Counted from the first letter of the stretch, positions 50,453 through 64,000 are shown. The stretch is 64,000 nt of DNA from Scyliorhinus canicula (GCF_902713615.1 NC_052156.1:133300407-133364406), one strand, 5' to 3'. Numbers and translations are program-made. Notes: generated by a model not told the origin, from the letters alone.

Positions 50453-51304
50453 GTAGGTTTCAGAGTTAAAAATGTAAGTCCCATCAGTTCTTTTGCATTT
50501 GTAAGAGTATTCCAAAGTGGTTCAGCCGATTGATTCCTTGTTAATTTGTTGTTGCTTGGAGTCAGTGTGTGCAATGCAAGGTACCACAAGTAGCAATGTG
50601 ATAATGATCAGATAATTTGTTTAGTAATGTAGCTGACACCACTATGTTTGGCACTGAAGACATTAATTAAATAGTAACCAGCATCTCAAGGTTGTGGTTC
50701 ACCTTTCCTAAAAAGGCAAAGATTAATACTTCATTGTCGTGTTGTGAGGAAAGTGCTTCTGCTTCGACTCATTTTGAAGCTTTATTTTTGAAACAGATCT
50801 CGTGCTTTCTTCAAATTTTGAAGTTTTGTGTGATTTTCCACGTGAGAGAGTGGTTTGAAAGGATCTAGAGCTGCTCAGTGTGGGAGCAATTAACCTTCAG
50901 ACGTTCAGTGCTGCTGATGTTGCTTCTTTCCTTTACTTTTGTAGAAGGTTAACGCTGTCAGTGATCCTCCAGACCCAGTGCTGGACAAGCCTGTGGCTTC
51001 AAACCTCTGTTCTCTTTTTGGTGCAGTACCCATCTGTGCCCTTGATTCCAATGTAGCAATTCCCTGAAGGTGACTTGAGATAGGTTCCGAGATACCAAGA
51101 GGTTGGGTAGACGCATGCCTGTGCAGAAAAATGTAAGTAATTGTAGCAAGACAAGTTCGAAGAGTTCACCGGTAGGTGATAGAACTAATTCAAAACCGAG
51201 TACGTTTTGGAGAAAATCAAGCAAAAAGAGATAATTCCAAATGGTGGAATACTTAATGGAATGCAGGAACAGGCAGATAGACTTGGATTTATGGAGCATT
51301 TTTT

Positions 51305-52695
51305 ATGGTCTCGGGAATAGATAGGATAGATGCGGACAGGTTGTTTCCACTGGCGGGTGACAGCAGAACTAGGGGGCATAGCCTCAAAATAAGGGGAAGT
51401 AGATTTAGGACTGAGTTTAGGAGGAACTTCTTCACCCAAAGGGTTGTGAATCTATGGAATTCCTTGCCCAGTGAAGCAGTTGAGGCTCCTTCATTACATG
51501 TTTTTAAGGTAAAGATAGATAGTTTTTTGAAGAATAAAGGGATTAAGGGTTATGGTGTTCGGGCCGGAAAGTGGAGCTGAGTCCACAAAAGATCAGCCAT
51601 GATCTAATTGAATGGCGGAGCAGGCTCGAGGGGCCAGATGGCCTACTCCTGCTCCTAGTTCTTATGTTCTTATGTTCTAAAGCAGTTTGCAGTCAGAAGT
51701 GCTGTGAATTGTCACTGTAATGAAGGAAATATAGGATCCAGTTTACACACTGAAGACTCCCATGAACAGCAATGCCATAACCATGTAATCTGTTTTTGTG
51801 ATGTTGTTTGATAGTTCTATATTGGTCGTCTTCAAAATAGTATGAGATATATATTATTGAGGAGGAACGTCTTCAACCAAAGGGTCGTGAACCTGTGGAA
51901 TTTCTTGCCTCGTGAAGCAGTTGAGGCGACCTTGGTAAATGTTTTTCAGGCAAAAGTAGATAGATTTAAGGAATCAAAGGTTACGATGAGCAGGCGGTAA
52001 GTGGAACTGAGTCCACAATAAGATCAGCCATGATCTTATTGAATGGCGGAGCAGGCTCGAGGGGCCAGATGGCCTACTTATGCTCCCAGTTCTTATGTTA
52101 TTACGTTCACCTGAGCGAGCAGATTGGATCTCGGTTTAACATCTTCATCATTACCGTCCTGGTCTGTCAGCCTAGTGTTTGTGACCGAGCCTTTGGAGTT
52201 AGACTTAACGCCACAACCTTCTGACAAAGGACAGTGGTGAAAAGATTTGGGATGGAGATATAGAACTTTTTAAACATGAATTGCCGGTAGAAAGGCCATA
52301 AAGGCACATTAACTTCTAAGCTTTGTACATTGGGGAACTGGATATAAAAATAAGTAAATCATGGATGGGACCGGGTAAACTCAGAAATGATGTTCCCAAT
52401 GGTGGGGGATTCCAGAACTAGGGGGGTCATAGTTTGAGAATAAGGGGTAAAGCTTTTAGCACTGAGGTGAGAAGAAATTTCTTCACCCAGAGAGTGGTGA
52501 ATCTGGGGAATTCACTACCACAGAAAGTAGTTGAGCTCAAAACATTGTGTGGTTTCAAGCAGGAATTAGATATAACTCTTGGGCCAAAGGGATCAAGGGA
52601 TTATGGGGGGAAGGTACGATCAAGGTATTGAACTTGATGATCAGCCATGATTATAATGAATGGAGGAGCAAGCTTGAATGGCCTACTTCGTCTAT
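51305..52695 (+). mobile_element. Three same-orientation CR1/HER1 3' ends (51305-51678, 51860-52105, 52350-52695)
   Basis: RNFFTQRVVNLWNSLP motif three times; ttcttatg tails. The first copy is open and looks young. Confidence 0.85.
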
Positions 52696-54984
52696 TTAAT
52701 AATAATCTTTATTAGTGTCACACGTAGGCCTACATTAACACTGCAATGAAGTTACTGCAAAAATCCTCTAGTCGCCACACTCCAGTGCCTGTTCGGGTAC
52801 ACCTGAGGGAGAATTCAGAATGTCCAATTCGCCTAACGAGCACATCTTTCGGAAACCAGAGCATCTGGAGGAAACCCACGCAGACACGGGAGAACGTGCA
52901 GACTCTGCACAGACAGGGACCCAAGGCAGGAATTGAACTCGGGTCTCTGAAGCTGTGAAACAACAGTGCTAAGCACTGTGCTACCGTGTCACTGTTTCTA
53001 TGTTGAATTTATATCAGATATTAGTTAGGCTAGAGTTGAAATATTACATACAGTTCTGGGAACACTATTACAGGAAGATTATCTGAGTCATAGGAAGGCA
53101 TTTTCAAAAGGCCTTTGATAAAGTGGCAGCATGGCCAAGGACAGAATATGTGGAGTCCGGGTACAAGAAGCAGAATAAATAACCAATCTCATTACAAAAT
53201 AGAAAACAATAGTTTCCAGATATTCACAGGTAGGTAGACTCTGTGGACCATTAAAAATCTGCTGGCGGGGCCTTGAATTGGAAGCCCTACTCCCAGTACT
53301 GATGGATCCGATTTTTACAGACGGGGGAAGGAGACGCGGCGTGATGCAAACATGAGGAAAACCAAAACTTAACATGGCTATTTGGACTCCATGTTGAGGT
53401 CAAATAGACTGCATATTGCCTGCTTAAAAGGCTGTAACCCTGTGTGGGAATCACAAATTGATGGGGTATGTTTAAATGCTCCTGAAGAGTGAATAAGGTC
53501 TGTTTAAATGTCATGAGGTGACGTTTTTTTAAATGTTCCACCCTTTAAACTGTTTAAGCTGCAGCTGTAATCGATAGTTTAAAAAAACATCTACTGGGTT
53601 GCTTTGATTGACAGGCCAGCTGGCGCAGCATCTGTTTGTGCAGTTTTAACAGAGCTCTTTGTTTACATTTCCCAAAGGCTATTATAATATCAGGTTGAAA
53701 GCTTGGCTGAGTTTCAAAAGGTAAATTATCTCTGGGGTGGGGGTAGTTTGATTGACAGTTTAAAGAGTCAGTTGTTTTCAGATTAGATGTTAATTGAAGT
53801 TTGTTTTCATTAGTGGTTCACCACTTAATACATAATTGAAAAACCTCCAAGGGATCAGGGGTTAATGCAGGACTGTGTTTTTGGAAGGCCAAGATCAGCC
53901 ACAATCATGTTGAATCGTAGAGGGGTTCGAAGGGCTGAATGACCTACTCCAGCTCCTAATTCGTATGTCCTTGCGTTCTTAAAAGCTTTGAATGGACTTC
54001 ATAAATTGAAGGTTTTTTCACTAGCAAACATGTCGAGTGAGAGCCCTCTTAGATTTATAAAATTTTATTCCACATGACTCCTGAGATCTGCCCACAGTAG
54101 ATACTGGATGAGTTGGCATTGGTTTGCATCGATATATGACAGGCCATGGGAAAATAGGTAGAGGGGTGAGAGGGTGTAAAGGGTGAGAGCTAAAGGGCCT
54201 GATATCTTCTAAAACATCAGGGACAAGGTCCCCCAGATAACCAAAGCTTTATTTTATAATCTTTATTGTCACAAGTAGGCTTACATTAACACTGCAATGA
54301 AGTTACTGTGAAAATCCCCAAGTCGCCACATTCCGGTGCCTGTTTGGGTACACGGACAGAGAATTCAGAATGTCCAAATTACCTAACCACTCGTCTTTCG
54401 GGACTTGTGGGAGGAAACCGGAGTATTTGGAGGAAACCCACGCAGACACTGGGAGAACGTGCAGACTCCACACAGACAGTGACCCAAGCCGGGAATCGAA
54501 ACTGCGACCCTGGAGCTGTGAAGCAACTGTGCTACCGTGCTGGCATTCTAACTAGCACTTACTACTGCTGTGCGCCCTCCTAGGATCTGTCTCTGTGGTA
54601 GGAGGACCGGACTCCATCCCACATCCCCGGAGTGAAAATCTTGTGACTCGTGGTTCTCTTTACCGAGGGGTAGCACTGGCAAGTCATGGAAGTTCAACTA
54701 CCCGACTCGGTAGTCAAAATCAGGCCCTGGGGGTTTATAGGTAGTCTGACAAAGGTGGGAAGTGATTGTCAGTGCTGAGACTTGCATAAAAGATTTAAAG
54801 TCTGGAATCGGAAATATTTTGGGCTGGCTCCAAACTGGGGGGAAAGTGTAGTTATTGTAGAGGAGGACTGCATCAAAATATGGTAAGACAATAATAAACT
54901 TGTAGAATGGGCACGTAATCAGCAAATGAGCTTCAATATAAATACATTTGAAGTGCTACATTTGATAGGACGAATGAGATGTCA

Positions 54985-57895
54985 CTAGACAGACCACCTG
55001 GTATCAATCTAGGCACCAGAAATGACAATGTACACCCAGCTCTATTGACCCTGCAAGTTCTCCCAGTAACATCTGGGGTCTTGTGCCACTTGTCCCACAC
55101 TAGTCAGGCAACAGCCTGACACAGTCATACTCTTTGAATCATATCTTCCGGACAATGGCCCAGGCATCACCGTCCCTGACCCCTCTTTCTCTGCTCCCCA
55201 CCCCCCAAAAAAAGCTGGTACATCAGTGACCCTCCATATTGAGCCTCACTTGGAAGAAACACTGAGGATGACAAGGACAGAGAATTAACTCCAGTTGGGG
55301 AATTATCAAAGAGTGGATTGGTAGCACTACTGTGGACCGAGCTGGCCAAGTCCTGATGGACATAGCTGCTCGACTGGACCTTCAGCAAGTGACGAGTGCC
55401 TCACCCTCACCAACCAACTTGTCGCACTTACGTCTGTCGATGACAGTATTGGTAGGAGTGACCACTGTACAGTGCTTGTGGAGACTTGTATCCTGTCTTC
55501 ACATTGAGGATATCCTCCATCATGTGTCGCACTACCACCATGCCGAATGGGATAGATTTCAAAGCAACTTGAAACTGGGCATCCATGAGGCACAATCTAC
55601 TATTACCATAAAGCCAGGGATTAAACCTGGTTCAATAAAGAGTGAAGAGGGGTATGCTAGGAGCAGCACCAGTTATACCTAAAAGTAAGGCGTTAACGTA
55701 CTGAAGCAACAACACAGACAAACAGTGGAAGTAGCATGCAGTAAACAGAGCCAAGTCATCCCACAATCAACGGATGCAACCTAAGCTCTGCAGTCCTGCT
55801 GGGCATGAATATGGTGGACAGTTAACTAACTGGGGGAGAACACTCCACAAATATTCCCCCATCCTCAAATGATGAGAGAGCCCAGCACCTCCATACAAAG
55901 GACACGTCTGAAGCATTTGCAACTATCATCAGCCAAGTGCTGATTGGATAATCCATCTCGGCCTCCTCCTGAGGCCCTAGCCGGTCTTAAACCAATTTGA
56001 TTCACTCCCATGGCTGAAGGCATTGAATACTGCAAAGTTATGGGTCCCAGCAACATTCCAGCAATAGTACTTAGATTTATGCTACAGAACTAGCTGCTCC
56101 CTTTGCCAAGTTGTTGCAGTACAGCTACAACACTGGCACCTACCTAGCAATGTTGAAGATTGCCCACTTATGCCCTGCCTACAAAAAGCAGGGCATCTCC
56201 AAACCGACAGATTACTGCCCCGTCAGCCTCCTCTGGGGCTGGTTTAGCACACTGGGCTAAATCGCTGGCTTTGAAAGCAGACCAAGGCAGGCCAGCAGCA
56301 CGGTTCAATTCCCGTACCAGCCTCCTCGAACAGGCGCCGGAATGTGGCGACTAGGGGCTTTTCACAGTAACTTCATTTGAAGCCTACTTGTGACAATAAG
56401 CACTTTTCATTTCATTTCATTTTCATTCACCAGATCAACAGCAGAGTGATGGAAGGGGTCGTCAACTGTACTACCAAGCGGCACTTCCTTGGCAATATTT
56501 TCGCTGATGCTCAGTTTTGGGTTGCGTCAAGGCAACTCGGCTCCTAACCTCATTACAGCCTTGGTCCAAACATAGACAAAAGATCTGAACTCAAGATGAG
56601 ATGACAGTGACTTCCTTTGACCTAAGACAGCAGTTGACTGAGTATGACATTAAGGGGGCCCTAGCAAAACTGAAGCCAACGGGAATAAGGGGGAACACTC
56701 TCTCCACTGGATGATGTCATACCCAGCACAAAGGAAGATGGTTGTGATTGTAGGAGGTCAATAACATCAGTTCCCGGACACTGCTGCAGGAGTTTCTCAG
56801 GATTCTATCCTCGTCCAACTATGTTCAGCTCCTTTAACAGTTGCCCCCCCCCCCCCCCCATCACATGGTCAGAATTGAGTGTTTTTGTTGATGATTACAA
56901 TACTTGGTATTATTAACACCTCAGATGCTGAAGGAGTCTATGTCTATATACGGCAAGACCTGGACAGAATTCAGACTTGAACTGATATGTGGGAAGTAAC
57001 ATTCATGCCACGAAAGTGCCAAGCAATGATTACCTCCAGCAAGAGATAATTTAATCATTTCCCCTTGACATTTAAGGCATCACAATCACTGAATTCCTCA
57101 CCATCAGAGTCCTGGGGTTACCATTGACCAGAAGCTGAACTGGACCATCCATATAAATACTGTGACTACAAGAACCAGTCAGAGGCTGGGAATTCTAATG
57201 AACAAATCACCTGACTCGCTAAGCCTGTGCACTATCTACAACCCACAAGTTAGGAGTGCAGTTGAGTATTCTCCACTTTCCTGGATGAATGTGGCTGTAA
57301 CAACACTCAAGAAGCTCAGCACCATTCAAGACAATGTTACTATAACTCTTGGAGCTAAAGGGTTCAAGGGCTATGGGGGGGGGGGGGGGGGGTGGGGGGT
57401 GTGATCAGGGTATTGAACTTGATGCTCATAATGAATGGCGGAGCAGGCTCGAAGGCCCAAATGGCCTCCTGCTTATATTTTCTGTCTAGTCAGCTTAATT
57501 GACATCCCAACCACAACCTTCATTACTCTCTCCAAGTGGCATCAGTGTGTACAATCTACAAAATACACTGGAGCAACTCACAGACACTCCTTTCACAGCA
57601 CCTTCCAAATCTGACACCTCTACCACCTAGAAGGACAAAGGCATGGGAACATCACCATCTGCAAATTCCTCACCAAGCGACACACTTTCCTGAATTCAAA
57701 ATATATCACTGTTCCTACTGTGTGGCTCAGTCAAAATCCCTGGAACGCCTTTCCGAAAGGCATTGTGGGAGTCCTTACACCATGTGAACTGCAGCAATTC
57801 AAAAGGGCAGTTCACTGCCACCTCCTCAAAGGCATTTAAGGATGGGCAATAAATGCTGGCCTAGCCAGCGACGCCCATATCCTGTGAAAAATCAA
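54985..57895 (+). mobile_element. CR1/L2-group LINE, degenerate (endonuclease to reverse transcriptase to tail), with a nested SINE at 56235-56428
   Basis: ELAAP.AKL.QYSYNTG, GV.Q.S.L and F.DD motifs; tail gggcaataaatgctggcctagccagcgacgccca. Related tail fragments at about 44650-45000 and 58970-59215. Confidence 0.75.
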
Positions 57896-58200
57896 TTCAA
57901 AGAAAAACACCTTGGAGCATAAACCTCTTAATTGGGTTTGGAGGAAGAGGGACCTGGGGTTACAGATATGTAAAGCACTAAAAATAGTGACACAGGTTAA
58001 AAATGTCACTTTAAGAAGAAATCAAATCAAGGGATTCTTTCCGACATAAATAGAGGGGCTATGTTAAGCTGAGGGAGAACATTGGTTAGATCTCAGTTAA
58101 GTACTGTTCAGAGTTCAGATTTCCATATTGTATAACGATATAGAGAGATTGGAAGGTGCTTAATGGATTTACGATGGTGATATCAAAGCTGAGAGACTAT

Positions 58201-58373
58201 GGGCTGAGACTACTCCGCCGTCGGGCTGCTCCATTTTGCCAGCAACATGGGGGTTTCCCGACAGCGTGGGGCTGCCCCACAATGGGGAACCCCATTGGCC
58301 GGCCTGCGAAAAGGAGCATCCTGCCGGCGTGCTGAACCAGAAATCTGGCACGGCGGGACGGAGAATCCAGCCC
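58201..58373. mobile_element. Palindromic non-autonomous DNA element (MITE-like) inserted in a CR1 fragment
   Basis: Ends gggctg...ctccg and ggagaatccagccc with TA flanks; internal symmetry. Confidence 0.55.
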
Positions 58374-59675
58374 TATACCTGTCGGAAATTTGAGGGGTGA
58401 CCTGATGGAGTTGAAAAGATTGTGAAAGGGTTTCATAGGAGAGACGTGAAACTGGTGGTAACACTTTGAGGTGGAGACTAGCAGTTGGGGCCATAAATAT
58501 AAGATAGTCACCAATAATTCCAATAGGGATTTCAGGAGAAGTGTCTTTACTGAAAAAATGATTAGGAAGTAAAGCTCAGCACTGTACCACGATGAGTAAT
58601 TGAGGCAAGTAGCATAGATGTGCTTGAAGGGACGCTGGATAAATGCACAAGAGGGAAAGGAATTGAAGCTTCTATTGATGGTGTTAGATTAGACAGGTTG
58701 GAAGGAGGTTGATGTGTAATGAAGACTGACATGGACATTTGTTTCTGGTTAATACTGCATAACTATGCAAGAAGACAACAACAAGGAATTATTAGAATGT
58801 TGATAATGAACGTTTCTAGTTCTGAATGAGGTTCGAACAATTGAAACAATTTGATTGTGGCAATGACAATCCAGCTGGGATCTAATGGAGGTTTTCAAAA
58901 TTTCTGAACTGTTTATAAGGAGATGAATAGAAAAGATGGTTTTCATTGGTTTCAGTATTAGTAACAGACTAAGGATTATCACCAGCGAGTTCCCTTCCAA
59001 GCCACACACCATCCTGACCCTGAAATATATCGCCATTCCTTTGCGGTTGCTGGGTCAAAATCCTGGAACTCCCTCCCTAATAGCACAGTGGGTGTACCTA
59101 CACCACAGGGTCTGCAGCAGTTCAATAAGGTAGCACACCACCATCTTCTCGAGGGCTGTTGGGGACGGACAGTATGTGCTGGCCTAATCAGTGACATCCA
59201 CATCCCGTGAAATAATTTTTAAAAAAAATTATAAGTGCGAGTTTTCTTTTCAAGCTGAATTATTGGAACCGGGAATGTTTTGCCAGAAGTTGGCTATTGA
59301 GGCAGAGTGCAAAATGACTGTGTTTCCTTGCAACAGTGACTACTCTTCAACAGAGCTTTTAATTGGCTGTAAAATGCTTTGAGATGTCCTTGTGAAAAGT
59401 GCTAGTTAGTTGACTGGCCCTATAACACGCTGTGAAAAGTGCTGGTTGTTTTTCTTTCTAAATGCGAAGGCAGGGAAATGAAATTATGATCACTCCAACT
59501 GAACAGATATGATGGGAAATGTGGCGACCTCGTATGCTAATCTTTACTGTGGACCCAAACTAACAAAGTAGTCGGACAGATGTGTTCCGTAACAGATGTG
59601 TTCCGCAACAGGTAGTTTATCACCAAGGAATAAAATTGGCCTGAGTCAATTAATTGGCCTACAGCCAATTAAAAG

Positions 59676-60020
59676 GGGGCAGCAGGGTAGCATGGTGGTT
59701 AGCATAAATGCTTCACAGCTCCAGGGTCCCAGGTTCGATTCCCGGCTGGGTCACTGTCTGTGTGGAGTCTGCACGTCCTCCCCCTGTGTGCGTGGGTTTC
59801 CTCCGGGTGCTCTGGTTTCCTCCCACAGTCCAAAGATGTGCGGGTTAGGTGGATTGGCCATGCTAAATTGCCCGTAGTGTCCTAATAAAAGTAAGGTTAA
59901 GGGGGGTTGTTGGGTTACGGTTATAGGGTGGATACGTGGGTTTGAGTAGGGTGATCATGGCTCGGCACAACATTGAGGGCTGAAGGGCCTGTTCTGTGCT
60001 GTACTGTTCTATGTTCTATG
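59676..60020 (+). mobile_element. Full-length HE1-like V-SINE with CR1-type tail
   Basis: tRNA head, V-core and ctgtactgttctatgttctatg tail; low divergence. Confidence 0.85.
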
Positions 60021-60057
60021 AGTCAGTTACAAAATGAATATTTTGAATTCTATACAG

Positions 60058-60168
60058 CCTGTCATCCTGCCTGCAAAATGTGTAGTGGTCCATCGAGCAA
60101 AAACTGCACTGAATGCGCCACTGGCTGGGTAAAAGCTGGCCCTGATGATGATGAACATGCCTGTGTGG
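60058..60168 (+). CDS. CRELD2: CRELD2 exon 6 (111 nt): furin-like ACHPACKMCSGPSSKNCTECATGW
   Basis: Furin-like repeat cysteine pattern; ACAG and GTAAGT boundaries. Confidence 0.94.
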
Positions 60169-62932
60169 GTAAGTATGCTTCTATCATTACAGTTCATTGT
60201 ATTACATTCCTTTCTCTTTCTCATTTATTTTCAGGTATTTAGAATTCATTAGCATCATATGCACGACCAAGCTAAATGTTTCTTCACTGCTGATGATAGT
60301 TAGATATACTCTGTAAACTCAAGGGACAGTAGTGTTTCAGTCACTAAACTTCCAATTGTTCCAGTCAATTGATCCTGTGAGTAATGTAAATGTTGCTTTA
60401 TGACAGTTTCATGCACGAGTAATTTGGCTTTTTAAAAAATTGATTCCAAAGTAGTATTATACATTTTTCCCCTTTTCAACTATTTGACGTTTCGGAAATA
60501 TTGTAGGACTGGTAGCTGAATAAACTAATTTTCCTTGAAATGCTACAGAGCTATCAAGTAGAACAAACTTCATTTGGAAAATGCCTGTAATACCATATTT
60601 CTGCCAGCAGATGACATGAATGCACTTTACAAAGGTACTGACAAAGTACCAAATTGTAATCCTTCGCTCAATAATGTCCGAAGCAATTCAAACAATATAT
60701 CAAAATAAAATAAAGTGTTCACAATGTATTTATTGGGTACTTATATTCAATTTAAAGTAGCATTCGCCAACGAGCCAATAATAGTCACTAGATAGCTGGA
60801 GGTTTAAAAAAAGTTTTAAAGTGAGGTGAAGGATTCTATCACGGACTTGCAAAGCCATTGTTTAAACTTTGATTTCAGAGCCTCTAAACTACAGAACCGT
60901 GAACGTTCCAGTATGCTGTGCGGCACGGTAGCGCAGTGATTAGCACTGTTGCCTCACGGCGTTGTGGACCCGGGTTCAATCCCAGCCCGGGTCACTGTCT
61001 CTGTGGAGTTTGCAAATTCACTCCATGTCTGCATTAGTCTCACCCTCACAACCCAAGGATGTGCAGGGTAGGTGGATTGGCCTCTTAATTGGGAAAAATC
61101 GAATTGGGCACTTTAAATTTAAAAAATCCAGTATGTTTTGTTCCAAAACACTGGCGATTTAAAATCCTGTGAGTCATTTGCTGTTTCTAAAATTTGAATT
61201 TTCTTGGCTATTATCTTCAAATTACCACCAAGGTTGTCTTCAGAGATAGACTTTCTGGACGCTTGTTCCTCTTGACTGATGAGATTGTTTTGTTTGAATT
61301 AAGATTGTTTGGCATGAGGCCTTCAATTCAGCCCAAAGCAGCTCAGTCTTTTGACTTGATTGGATTCCTAAACAAAGGCATTTATTGATGAGCTGTTACT
61401 CTCGATGTTGAACTCTTGTCATGGGAGAGCACTCCAATAGAACATGAGCGTGTAACTATTACTTAAAACCCTGTAAGAAATAGAAATTATCCTATTCGTC
61501 ACACTTGATCCAAGCGTCTGCCCAATTGTATGGCTGATGCAATGATTTTTTTGCATTTCTCTATGTTCACTGCTTCTCTTGTTTGGCAGCACACTCGTTA
61601 GAACTACTGCCTCACAGGGTCAGAGACCGGAGTTTGATTCCAACCTTCTGGAGTCTGCATGTTCTCCCCGTGTCTGCGTGGGTTTCCTCTGGGCGTTCCG
61701 GTTTCCTCCCACAGTCCAAAGAGGTTAGGTGGATTGGCCGTGCTAAATTGCCCCTTAGGTGGGTTTACTGGGTTGCAGGGATGGGGTGGGGGCATTGGCC
61801 GAGGTCAGGTGTGCTTTTTCGGAGAGTTGGTGCAGACTCAATGGGCCTAATGGCCTCGTTATTCCCAGTAGTGATTCTGTGATTCTAAGTTTGATTTGGC
61901 TTGCAGCTGTTTTGCAGCACCACGGTATTTAAAGAATTTTTTATTAAGTATTGCTGAAAAAATATACTGCATGGGAAGAGTGCAATATAACTTGTGGTTC
62001 CCATTTTACTGCTGAGGCAATTTCTTATAAACCCCCTGATGAGTGCAAGATGAAAATCTTTGTGCTGATGCTGATTGACCTTCTTCCATACCACAAGGAT
62101 GCGTGCATGCACACGCATAACATATAATGCCACCAAAGAGCACTCTTGTTTCATGATTTTTATCTGGCTCCTCATCCCTCCTTATATTTCTCTGTTCAGC
62201 TTAATTCCACATCTTCCATTTGGAGATTTTTTTTTTCGCCAAGAATCCTAAAAATCTACCTCTACCTAGTTGTGGTCAATGTATCTGGGACATTCTTCAA
62301 AAAATATGATTTATCAACTGTCAGGTCGTCTAGTAATACATTTTTTGTGTTGTACAATTCTCCTTCCTTCTCTCTGCCCCACACAGTCCAATGTTCACTT
62401 ATCATGTGTGATGGCGATACTCTGAGACCACCTTAATGGGTTTGATAGTGAAATATTTTGTAATGGCAGTCGAGGTATAAAACAGAACAATTTTCTACGT
62501 TGGCTACCTATTGTTGGGACCCAGCACACATGAGTCAAAAATTGTCTGTTTCAGCAATGGGCCTTCAAACCCGACTGACGCTGGTGCAGTGTTAAGTTAT
62601 CGTTAAGTTTTAGCATTTTCTAAATGAACCACCTTTTTTTTTTTTAGTTTCTCTGAGTGAGATTGACAATCTAATGACAGTTAGCAGCAGTTCTGCTGTG
62701 GACGTGCTCCTGCTCGGTTTGACGATGTCCAAATATGTTTCAAAAGCATTCTTAGCAGCAACTAAGATTTATGTTCTGTGCCACAAAGTACCCTGTTCTT
62801 CTGTTTGTAATAGTGTTACGCGATTGGGCCCAGATTTTGCACCCTTGCGTGGGCTAAATTGTCAAGTTTTAGATTACAAAGATTGTTTGCTCTTCTATCT
62901 ACTGTATAACTGAACCTTTCCAATCATTGTAG

Positions 62933-63016
62933 ATGTCGATGAGTGTGCAGCAGAAACTTTACCTTGCAAACAACATGAGTACTGTTCAAACACCGAAGGG
63001 TCCTACTCCTGTGAAG
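62933..63016 (+). CDS. CRELD2: CRELD2 exon 7 (84 nt): calcium-binding EGF DVDECAAETLPCKQHEYCSNTEGSYSCE
   Basis: DVDEC...C.N..GSY.C consensus; the gene continues past the window. Confidence 0.95.
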
Positions 63017-64000
63017 GTATGTCTGTTCATTTTAACCTTCATTTCACGAGCCCCACAAAAGCAAATTTACATTTTCGGGTATCTGCACTGATAACCTACA
63101 TAGACTAACAATTTCACTCCATTGGTATTGTTCAAAGCAGGCTGTGCATATAAGGATTGGAAATTGAAAGCAGCAAACCAGCACGCCTTTGACAGCGGGA
63201 CTACCTCCTACTATAATAAAAACCATCTTAAACTGGAGACAGAATTAGCAACAAAAGGCCACCACATGTTGAATGCACAAAATCTTCTCCCTTCCCCTTT
63301 CTACAGGTTTCAGAATCACTCTCTCCCAGAACAGCTTTCCAAACAATTGAGAACATTTAAAAGAAACTAACACCTGTTTATACTGTTTTCAAAACATTTA
63401 TGCATGTCACGTCATTGTTTGATTAAAGTCCATCTTTTTGGTTCCTTCAAATTGGCCCAAACTGTGCAGATTAGGTGGGTTGGCCGTGATTAAATAATTG
63501 GCCCTTCGTATCCAGGGATGTTCAGATTAGGTGGGTTACGGGGATAGGATGGGGGAGTGGACCTAGGTAGGGTGTTCTTTCAGAGGATCAGTGCAGACTT
63601 GAAGGGCCAAATGGCCTCCTTCCAGCACTGTAAGGATTCTGAGATTCTGTGAAGTTCACTAGTAGCTTTACAAGTTCCACACGGATGAAAGCAGCTGAAA
63701 ACCACTCCTAAAATGTACAGAAAAGTTTCTGCCCCTCACCTGTGGCCAGCATGAATACACAGTCTACACTAAACAGGATTTCAAAATGTATGTGCAGTGT
63801 TAATAATATTTCTTTGGAAGCAGTTCCAACAATTAATTGGCTTTTTATTGAGTTCAAAAACAGGAATGAATAAAAGGCACCAAAGCAGGAAGGTCTTTAT
63901 TTGTCTCAGCCCTTGTTGAGTATTGAATTGGTTGTTCTAGGTCAAAAAGCAATGGAGTGCAACAATTGGTCAGGACATCTCTGAACTGGGCAAGGAAAAG

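Noticed and set aside
50961-51006. tgatcctc...ggcttcaaacct resembling selenocysteine tRNA
   Set aside because: Spacing between the two matches is wrong and there is no T-arm or acceptor stem; probably chance within decayed LINE sequence.
59676-59750. tRNA-like sequences with A/B boxes here and elsewhere
   Set aside because: They are SINE heads followed by V-core and LINE tails, not tRNA genes.

Overview
Vertebrate genomic DNA. The repeat content (V-domain/HE1-type tRNA SINEs, CR1/HER1-type LINEs, Deu-type SINEs, Penelope fragments) points to a cartilaginous fish, probably a catshark-like elasmobranch; this is inference. The window holds a block syntenic to human 22q13.33. BRD1 (BRPF2) is on the minus strand: its large first coding exon is at 3611-4977 and a CpG-island promoter lies at about 9.4-10.7 kb. 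ALG12 is complete on the minus strand (9 coding exons, 39175 to 17370, 1488 nt, 495 aa). CRELD2 is head-to-head with it on the plus strand (7 coding exons from 40757 to 63016, continuing past the window). Main findings: (1) a heavily decayed pseudogene of the domesticated hAT transposase ZBED4 at its expected syntenic position (about 12.3-16.3 kb), almost invisible in the ORF track; (2) a minor-spliceosome (U12) intron in ALG12 whose 5' splice site reads CTATCCTTT, i.e. a CT-AG intron; (3) an ERSE-like element and a perfect ERSE-II in the ALG12/CRELD2 bidirectional promoter, beside a degenerate ~40-bp minisatellite; (4) several Penelope-derived hammerhead-ribozyme cores and a perfect 37-bp SINE-derived hairpin. 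Most short ORFs in the track are repeat-derived or spurious. Protein comparisons rely on my recollection of the human sequences; no database searches were run.
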